Positions 57,901 through 64,000 of a stretch of 64,000 nucleotides of DNA are shown piece after piece. The notes beneath the pieces are model-generated. The model was not told the DNA's origin. It saw nothing but the letters and a program-made list of their open reading frames with translations, and did not search any database. Where the stretch lies: IMG/VR virus record IMGVR_UViG_3300038345_000087, positions 32,001 to 96,000 of that record, one strand, 5' to 3'. Position numbers and translations under genes: made by a program. Numbering within the stretch: the first letter of the stretch is position 1; every line of letters starts with the position of its first letter. The stretch comes from a virus (Duplodnaviria > Caudoviricetes).

Positions 57901-60900
57901 ATACTAATCTTGATGATGTCAATGTTACTGGTCTCATCGATCGTGAGACCGTTCCCATTGTGGCAGATGGGCAAAAAGGAGATAAAGGCGATAATGCGTT
58001 CATTCTTGACCTCGACAACGAAATGGCGGCTGTTCCCGTCAATCAGTCTGGTGCTGTAGAAGCGCAGAAACAGCTTACTTTCGGTCTTAATGCGTATTAT
58101 GGCACAACAGCTGTGCTTAATGATTGTACTGTTACCGTAGATGGTACTGTTCCATCTGGATTTTCTGTAAATCTTGATGATAAATTTAACCCTGTTGTTA
58201 CAATCAGTGCAAATACTACACCGGCTGAGATAACGGAGCTTACTTTCAAGGCCGTTCATGCTACTTATGGAACTCGTTACGCGACTTTCTCCGTATGTGC
58301 GGTAAAGGCTGGTGGAAATGGTGCTGACGCTGAAATATATCAGTTGAAGCCGTACTATACTGCTATTCAGTTTGCTCGTGATGGTAATGGGGACTTGACA
58401 GGTGGCCCTTATACGCTAACGTGTCAAATCCAGAAAACAAAAGGAACGTCGGTCAATAATTATAACTCACTGTCTGGCTATTATATCTACTATGATTGGG
58501 ATGGTGCAGCATCACCGGCTACTTCTCTTCCTATAGCGGGTCGTTCGGTTAGTACGTCAGATGCTTCAAGCCATACGAACATTGTACTCGAATTGTGGAA
58601 GGGTGCTCGAGATGTATCAGGATCCGTCCGACTTGACCGCGAGACTATCCCCATCTTGAAGGATGGCTCGCGTGGTGGTACGGGACCTGATGGAACAGGT
58701 ATCGCGTCTATTACCTTTCATCGTATGTTCACGATGTCGTTGGATGGAGAACCGTTACCAACGGATTCGGGTTGGATAGCATCTACATCTTCGTCTTATC
58801 CTTCTGAAAGCGGGCTGTCTGAGACGAATCGCTACCTCTGGCAGAAAAAGACTACGACATACACGAAGAATGATGTCGCTACAACTTATGAAGTTTCCCT
58901 GTTGGCTCAATTCAATTCGGGACTTAAAGAGAATCTGCTGGAAGATACGTCGTTCTTTTCTGAGGGACAAATGGAGGCGTGGAATGTGAAGAATGGAACG
59001 ATTGGCATTGGTACGGTAAGTGGGCACAATAGTTTCGGACTTACACCTGATTTCACTGTCGAATTATCCCCGATGCTTCGCCAGATAGTCCACGATGGAT
59101 CTACGCTTAAAAAACTGAAAGCTAATACTTGGTACACGCTTTCGTTCTATGCAGCCATGCAAGCGAAGCAAAATCTGTTCTCTGGAACGGATTACAACGG
59201 AAATGGCAATACAGATTACGCTATGTTCCGCGAATCTTATCGTGAAGTATGGCTTGGGGCTAATCAATCGATGGATGTTGAAGTGAAGGCTTACTGTGCT
59301 TCTTCCAATGTTTTTCTTCGTTACTTCGCATGGTCGTATGATACAGGGGATAGCACAAACTGGAAGAACACAACAAAAGTGGACTTTACCGAGACTTCGG
59401 AAACGACAAAGACGATGCGTGTTACCAACACGGCTTCTTATGGCAGATTGTTCCGTATGCGTGGTTATGTCTATCTCAATGGGACCTTCACCATCAATGG
59501 TCAACAGGTGGTGAGCAATCCTACGGTTGCTTCGCCCTTGCTGAACAACTCCACTAACAATCCGAATGGGTACAACACCACAACTTATCGGTGTTACATT
59601 AAAACCATCAATGTTAATCGTGGATGCCGACTGTCAACTTATCTCTATCGTGCAGATCACGGCGCAGCTGTGCAACATTCATCATCGGCCCCTTGGTATG
59701 TGGATGGCAAAAAGTACACGGCTGCTGATCAAAGCGCAAACACCAATCTTCAATCTGGCACGCTTGTGGCATTTTCCGATGATGGTTGCGTCCATTGGCA
59801 ACTGTCACCTGGCACTGTCCGACATACCGTAACATTTAAGACACCTTCTTCTCTTTCTTCATCTACGGAGTATGCTGTCCTCTTCCGAATGAATCAGTAT
59901 TCTCACTATGGATGGGTGTCGATGCCAAAACTGGAAGAGAACACGATGGCTACGGAGTGGATTGAGCATACCAGCGATCGTTTCGCGGATGACATGCAGC
60001 ATATCTTTGTGGGTGATTGGGTTGCAAGTACACAAGGCACCACTTCTACATATTATCATTTTGATAACGGTGTTCGCCATGTGGTGCTTGCGAAAGAAAG
60101 TGCATCTTCTACGAAAAAAGTGTACTTCCGTATGAAGCAGCGTACAACGGCTGAAGGTTATTGCTCTACGACGCAACCTTATTCCGACACAAACCATTGG
60201 GAAAAAGCGTCTAATCTCCGTTTTATCGCTGCTGAGTTTATTCTTGCAGACCAGGCTTTGCTCAAATTCGCACAGACGAATCGCATTCTGGTTTATAATT
60301 CTGCGGGCAACGTCGCCGCTGGAATGGGTGGTGCTGAAGGTGGATCAAACGACTACCCTCTTTGGGTTGGTGCCGACTATGAGAATCGTGCGACTGCCGC
60401 ATTTCGTGTGTCTCTGCTTGGTAAATTATATGCGACTGGTGCGGAGATCTCTGGTAAAATCACGGCAACACAAGGTACTATCGGAGGTTTTACTATTGGT
60501 ACTGATAGCATTGTCTCTACTGGAAATGCTGTCCTTCGTATTGGAAACGATAACTTCAAAACACAGTTTGGTATAACGGAATCTTCTAAAACTGTTCAAA
60601 TGAATGGAAGTGAACAAGGTGTTGTTTTGGTGAACTATACTTTCAGTTATAAGGAGAATAATCGTTTTACATTAAGGAAAACCACAACAAGTCATTATAA
60701 CTGGACGAATTTTGGAGCAGCCAATGTTATAGATTTGGATTTCCATTCTGGTACGCATTCAGGTAGTGCATCTAATAATAGATACGGCTTCCAGTATGCA
60801 ATGATAGGTAACGGGCACGTGATAATGAATGGAATAGTTGAAGGTGCTGCTTATGATAGGGTTGCTAATTGGAGTGCTGCAAATCAGATTCAGATGGTAC

Positions 60901-61286
60901 AGATGCCGTTGTATAGTAACCGTATTGTGGTAAGCACAACCTATGACAATGATATTCTTATCCTTCCTGATAAGTATTCTATGTTTTCCGCGTTAGGATG
61001 TGGGTTTATTAAATCTGCTACGTCTCAGTATTTTACCTTCAGACTTGACATCATAAATACGGGTACAAAGAATGTATATGTTGCAGGATATAATTCTTTG
61101 AAAGTTGGCACATCAAGCAATTATACTCAACCATATATGAATACAAACCTCCCTTATATGAGGTATCGTAATAATTCATATTCTGGTGAAAAGGATATTT
61201 ACGTTAGACCTAAAAATATACTTTCTTTGATGTTGGTCTATGACAATGGAACTTATTACGCATTTATCATTAACGATCCAAATTAA
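54924..61286 (+). CDS. Large tail fibre / host-specificity protein with four internal repeats of about 245 aa
   Basis: 2120 aa; D(L/V)xNE(M/N) and DRET(I/L/V)PI..(D/E)G each occur four times; GTIGGFTIG motif. Confidence 0.75.
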   Translation: MQNLISQTFAVTAQKPTVSVDHIDNYYITEASGIMPSVNDSRWTLVPDGQQVPVPTASAPYLWHKYITYLTDGTALDPIVEFAGSLGQNGFDYDLVPSNSAIIKDTSDNLTPANVTCSLIKRNADGSAETQSTVPSGYSVVVYRDNTPSSYTLGANVSTSGITSVITFVLKYGSIEVERHDIRVIAEGAEGLTGRGIQSQDTRFKATATNSQPATPTNDTTWNTWSALSSAGYSQDTPYLWKCIRTVYRNGNGTTDTEYLVEGPTVWGQNGADAIFIDLDNEMDAIPCDSTGKVTSRTVLTSYARLYRGSAIINTDLTAPVAANCKLGSVTPTVTSQADGSYKLEWVFAVNTQLSVDRITANVAIGYGGKSYAALFTANVVKSGSPGVSPAIYQLLLSQNEASFARNSSNQLTPASISIRCGYTKNYNGTIDKHVGSQASDLQNIDSKYNIFYRPIASNGNPGSWAWMKDLSSANFYLVIPNSTTNIAYEFVLSTASGTASIEESNIFDRETLPINKDGLNGAPGESALIIDLTNENDAFGTKADGKITASVSRETRASMFYGITPLTATYQSTKTYEDGTNCGNEVDVVIDSETGLVTVTMNNTNFVYNKTIFIDITGTASGYTDKPKTARFTIQPQAAGSDGKTPIIYQLMPSPSQLSFARNSDGTLNMANNVITGYVKKIEDEDTTILSSLSGYRIYYGYGNPTTPSNYISVGGTITVSASNAASYASLVLELWKMNGTTKQKRLDRETIPINKEGQKGDPGDPGDDGITPFIIDVDNEMTSVPVSQEGAVIAATTLEFNLAAYYGQTNVIDDCTVACVSGSDQQVTVDVTTNKAKPKIVIAQGFTPPTMIELCFRVTHANYGSRDAIFSIAFVKAGGQGLNAILYELLPSLSQIAVGRTDNGAYNPANVALTCGYTKTDGPNTTSVADCTSSFDGYEIYFRRFSRSSNAWQTTYYKYRTYKSHLASIVVATYSKVQFIICTNTSGTITNTNLDDVNVTGLIDRETVPIVADGQKGDKGDNAFILDLDNEMAAVPVNQSGAVEAQKQLTFGLNAYYGTTAVLNDCTVTVDGTVPSGFSVNLDDKFNPVVTISANTTPAEITELTFKAVHATYGTRYATFSVCAVKAGGNGADAEIYQLKPYYTAIQFARDGNGDLTGGPYTLTCQIQKTKGTSVNNYNSLSGYYIYYDWDGAASPATSLPIAGRSVSTSDASSHTNIVLELWKGARDVSGSVRLDRETIPILKDGSRGGTGPDGTGIASITFHRMFTMSLDGEPLPTDSGWIASTSSSYPSESGLSETNRYLWQKKTTTYTKNDVATTYEVSLLAQFNSGLKENLLEDTSFFSEGQMEAWNVKNGTIGIGTVSGHNSFGLTPDFTVELSPMLRQIVHDGSTLKKLKANTWYTLSFYAAMQAKQNLFSGTDYNGNGNTDYAMFRESYREVWLGANQSMDVEVKAYCASSNVFLRYFAWSYDTGDSTNWKNTTKVDFTETSETTKTMRVTNTASYGRLFRMRGYVYLNGTFTINGQQVVSNPTVASPLLNNSTNNPNGYNTTTYRCYIKTINVNRGCRLSTYLYRADHGAAVQHSSSAPWYVDGKKYTAADQSANTNLQSGTLVAFSDDGCVHWQLSPGTVRHTVTFKTPSSLSSSTEYAVLFRMNQYSHYGWVSMPKLEENTMATEWIEHTSDRFADDMQHIFVGDWVASTQGTTSTYYHFDNGVRHVVLAKESASSTKKVYFRMKQRTTAEGYCSTTQPYSDTNHWEKASNLRFIAAEFILADQALLKFAQTNRILVYNSAGNVAAGMGGAEGGSNDYPLWVGADYENRATAAFRVSLLGKLYATGAEISGKITATQGTIGGFTIGTDSIVSTGNAVLRIGNDNFKTQFGITESSKTVQMNGSEQGVVLVNYTFSYKENNRFTLRKTTTSHYNWTNFGAANVIDLDFHSGTHSGSASNNRYGFQYAMIGNGHVIMNGIVEGAAYDRVANWSAANQIQMVQMPLYSNRIVVSTTYDNDILILPDKYSMFSALGCGFIKSATSQYFTFRLDIINTGTKNVYVAGYNSLKVGTSSNYTQPYMNTNLPYMRYRNNSYSGEKDIYVRPKNILSLMLVYDNGTYYAFIINDPN

Positions 61287-61291
61287 GATTT

Positions 61292-61564
61292 ATGAAAATC
61301 AATTTTGACAAAATCGAGGTCTATACCGACCTTTCCAAAACTCACGCTGTTATCCAGAACATGCGTAAGGACTTCGCAAATTTCATCTATACGCAAGGCA
61401 ATGGTATTGCAGCCCACGCCCTCGCGTTAAAGATCTTCAACGGAAATGAGGAAACTGACTATGACGAAAGGGAAGTGGCTATCATTCGTGATTTCGTGAA
61501 TGGATGCACTCCTTGTGTCATAGATGCTTTCAACGCCATCTTAAACCCTCCATCCCATGAATAA
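61292..61564 (+). CDS. hypothetical protein
   Basis: 90 aa, between the fibre and the lysin. Confidence 0.55.
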   Translation: MKINFDKIEVYTDLSKTHAVIQNMRKDFANFIYTQGNGIAAHALALKIFNGNEETDYDEREVAIIRDFVNGCTPCVIDAFNAILNPPSHE

Positions 61565-62261
61565 ATCTCTTTTCCACATCATCCTCGGTACTGCACACCT
61601 CGACACAACGCCTGGTAAATGTGCCCCCGACCGCTCTATCCGCGAAGCGATCTATTCCCGTGAACGTATTGTTGCCATCAATAAGGTATTGAAGGCGCAA
61701 GGCTACAACACGCATATAGACTATCCCGACCTTCAACCGAATAGCCTTATCAAGGCTTCCTATTGGAAAACAGAGCAAACACGCGAACTCCAGTACCGTG
61801 TGAAGGTGGTCAACGACCTATGCCGTAAGTATGGTGCTGCAAACTGCCTCTATGTGTCTCTACATCTCAATGCTGCCGGCAATGGCGGACAGTGGATGAA
61901 TGCAGGAGGATGGGCTGCTTACACCACCGTAGGTAAGACCAACTCAGATATCGCCGCTGAACACCTCTATGTCGCTGCTGAATACTGCCTTGCACCATAC
62001 GTAACTATCATGGCTGAAGGTAAGAAGAAGGGCATCTATTCTAAGGCGCAACGTCCGTTCCGCACGGACACTACAGATGGTGATCGTGACCTCGAAAGCA
62101 ATTTCTACGTCATCAAACACACATCATGTCCGGCTGTCCTCACAGAAAACCTCTTCCAGGACAACCGTTCGGATGTGGCTTTCCTCCTTTCTGACGAAGG
62201 AAAAGCGGCTATTGAACAGCTACACATCGACGGTATCAAGACCTACATCGCCTCCCTGTAG
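61557..62261 (+). CDS. Endolysin, N-acetylmuramoyl-L-alanine amidase (Amidase_3)
   Basis: ILGTAH, REAIYSRE, VSLHLNAAG, PAVLTENLFQDN. Confidence 0.85.
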   Translation: MNKSLFHIILGTAHLDTTPGKCAPDRSIREAIYSRERIVAINKVLKAQGYNTHIDYPDLQPNSLIKASYWKTEQTRELQYRVKVVNDLCRKYGAANCLYVSLHLNAAGNGGQWMNAGGWAAYTTVGKTNSDIAAEHLYVAAEYCLAPYVTIMAEGKKKGIYSKAQRPFRTDTTDGDRDLESNFYVIKHTSCPAVLTENLFQDNRSDVAFLLSDEGKAAIEQLHIDGIKTYIASL

Positions 62262-62291
62262 TGTGCCCGTTGGCTTGACCAACGGGAAAAT

Positions 62292-62327
62292 TTGTTCCGC
62301 CTTTATTCTCACTCAATCGTATCTTTG
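62292..62327 (+). promoter_or_regulatory. Putative late promoter TTGTTCCG-N20-TATCTTTG
   Basis: Same motif and spacing. Confidence 0.7.
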
Positions 62328-62351
62328 CTTCAGAAATAAAAGTTTTCCATC

Positions 62352-64000
62352 ATGGCTAAAAGAACAAAAACATCGCCGATTACCCACGTCCGCTCTGATC
62401 AGTTCCTCAAGAAAGCGGTGCAGATGGCACAGGATAATTTCTCAGTCCTGTCGCCTGGCGACCAGTCGTTTTATAGCGACCCGACACCCGCAACTTGGGC
62501 AGACTTCATCGGTGCCCAACTGCGTGGCGCAATAGGCTCGAATGGGGCTTACCAACGCAAACAGGCTCCAGTACTCTATTTCTCGTCTGGAAACGAAATC
62601 AAGCAGGGTACGGAGAAGTCTGGAACGAAAGACTTGGGATTCATGGAATGGGGATTCGGCAATACGCTCCCCAATCTTGTGGCGTTTTTGACACATCTTC
62701 TTCCATACACTGCTGCTGGCATCAAGTTCAATACAGACCTCTGTGCGGGTCTTGGACCACAACCGATGTATGACACGGCTCAGTATGTAGGTGGCAATAT
62801 CACCACACGCTTCATCCGTTATAAGGATGCGGGCACCTTCCTTCGTGGCCAAATCATCGACAAACAGCGTGAACTTCTCAAACTACGCTCGGAGTGGCCG
62901 TCATCCTCGCAAACTCATCCTGACGGTGGCAGTTCTGAGGGTGATGCCTCCGAGGGTAGTGTGCTCAGTGGTTTGCCCACCGAGGATGACCCTGCAAAGA
63001 AGATTTATGATGAACTCTGTGCCACACTTGAAGAACAAATCGAAGAATTGCAGACAGCCTTGGAGTCGTGGAAAACCACCAACGATGAAGTGCAGAAGTT
63101 CCTCGACCGCAATAATATCGCACAGACATGGCTTTCGCTCGTTCTCGACCATGAATTGTTTGGTATCGCCTTCCCTGAGTTGCTGTTGAACCAACAGGAT
63201 CTTGGGAAAGACGGCAAACCCGTGGAAACTGAGGTGTGGAATCCAAAGGTGACGGGCATCGCGCATCGAAGCTGCCACACCACACGTCTGGAGCGTATGG
63301 ATGATGAAGGTATCATCAATTTCGTCTATTGCTCAAATCGCTGGCTCGACCGTGTGTTTGTGGAACAGGGCAATATCAATGACCCCATCAATGCCATTCC
63401 TTCACTGAACACAAGGGAACCGCTGAACTCGCTGAATGAAAAGGTGCGAAAGGCACGCCAAAACAAGGTAAGCGTAAAAGAACGCCCGACCCATTTTGTG
63501 CTGCCATCGGTTTATCCTACTGCTGGTCGCCCCTACTACCCTACCCCTGCATGGCATTCTATCTTTGGCGGGGATATCTACGAATATATCTCGACCATTA
63601 TCAGTGACCGTCTGAATCGTAAGCGTAACAGCAATATCATTGGCCGTGTCATATACCTTAATAATGAGTATATGCAGCAACTCTTCGTACAGAAGAAGGC
63701 TACGGGCGATGAGAATAAGCAGAAGGTTATCCGTGATAAACTATACAGCCAGATTAACACCTGGCTCGGTAATCGTAACAACGCCGGTCAATCGCTGCTG
63801 GCATTCACTTTCACTGGTGCCGACGGAAAGGAACATAAGTCTTTTGAAATAGTCGAAATTGAGGCAGCAAAGAAATCCACTGCCGATGCCAATGAGAAGG
63901 AAACGGCTGAAATCAGTTCCATCGTGTTCATGGCGATGGGGCTTGATGGTCGCCTTATGGGTTCCTCCCCGCTCTCACTCGTAGGATCAAATGGCGGCAC
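62352..64000 (+). CDS. Portal protein (partial; runs off the window)
   Basis: Translated manually from MAKRTKTSP...; contains MEWGFGNTLPN and PYYPTPAWHSIF, which resemble Bacteroidota phage portals. Confidence 0.65.
   Translation, partial: MAKRTKTSPITHVRSDQFLKKAVQMAQDNFSVLSPGDQSFYSDPTPATWADFIGAQLRGAIGSNGAYQRKQAPVLYFSSGNEIKQGTEKSGTKDLGFMEWGFGNTLPNLVAFLTHLLPYTAAGIKFNTDLCAGLGPQPMYDTAQYVGGNITTRFIRYKDAGTFLRGQIIDKQRELLKLRSEWPSSSQTHPDGGSSEGDASEGSVLSGLPTEDDPAKKIYDELCATLEEQIEELQTALESWKTTNDEVQKFLDRNNIAQTWLSLVLDHELFGIAFPELLLNQQDLGKDGKPVETEVWNPKVTGIAHRSCHTTRLERMDDEGIINFVYCSNRWLDRVFVEQGNINDPINAIPSLNTREPLNSLNEKVRKARQNKVSVKERPTHFVLPSVYPTAGRPYYPTPAWHSIFGGDIYEYISTIISDRLNRKRNSNIIGRVIYLNNEYMQQLFVQKKATGDENKQKVIRDKLYSQINTWLGNRNNAGQSLLAFTFTGADGKEHKSFEIVEIEAAKKSTADANEKETAEISSIVFMAMGLDGRLMGSSPLSLVGSNGG

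Noticed and set aside
746-63781. Numerous minus-strand and nested ORFs in the track
   Set aside because: They are shadows of longer + strand genes with recognisable motifs.
1-64000. tRNA, rRNA, integrase or att sites
   Set aside because: None recognisable by eye; tRNAscan-SE and the flanking sequence would be needed.

Overview
This window is part of a tailed phage or prophage of a Bacteroidota host, probably Prevotella-like (TAnnTTTG promoters, Bacteroidota-type portal, primase and VirE genes). Almost every gene is on the + strand. The order is: a leftward HTH repressor and divergent promoter; replication genes (exonuclease, primase/helicase, SSB-like protein, beta clamp); a DNA methylation locus; tail and tape-measure genes; an ACP + ketosynthase pair; about 13 kb of small accessory genes (ThyX, radical SAM, Tad2-like, second MTase); head and packaging genes; a diversity-generating retroelement (DGR); tail fibres; endolysin; and a truncated portal gene. 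The main candidate new system is at 7.7-11.0 kb. There, a circularly permuted C5-cytosine methyltransferase with no target-recognition domain (TRD) of its own is flanked by eight overlapping mini-ORFs. Each mini-ORF looks like a single free-standing TRD module ending in an (I/L/V)E(Y/W/C)xx tail. Six carry poly-G tracts, three in frame and three out of frame, which suggests a phase-variable methylase with interchangeable specificity subunits. The DGR is also unusual: one template repeat matches both the adjacent tail-protein VR and a second VR about 20 kb away in a small gene of the accessory region, and the RT has a fused C-terminal domain instead of a separate avd gene. All product calls come from motif recognition by eye; no database searches were run.
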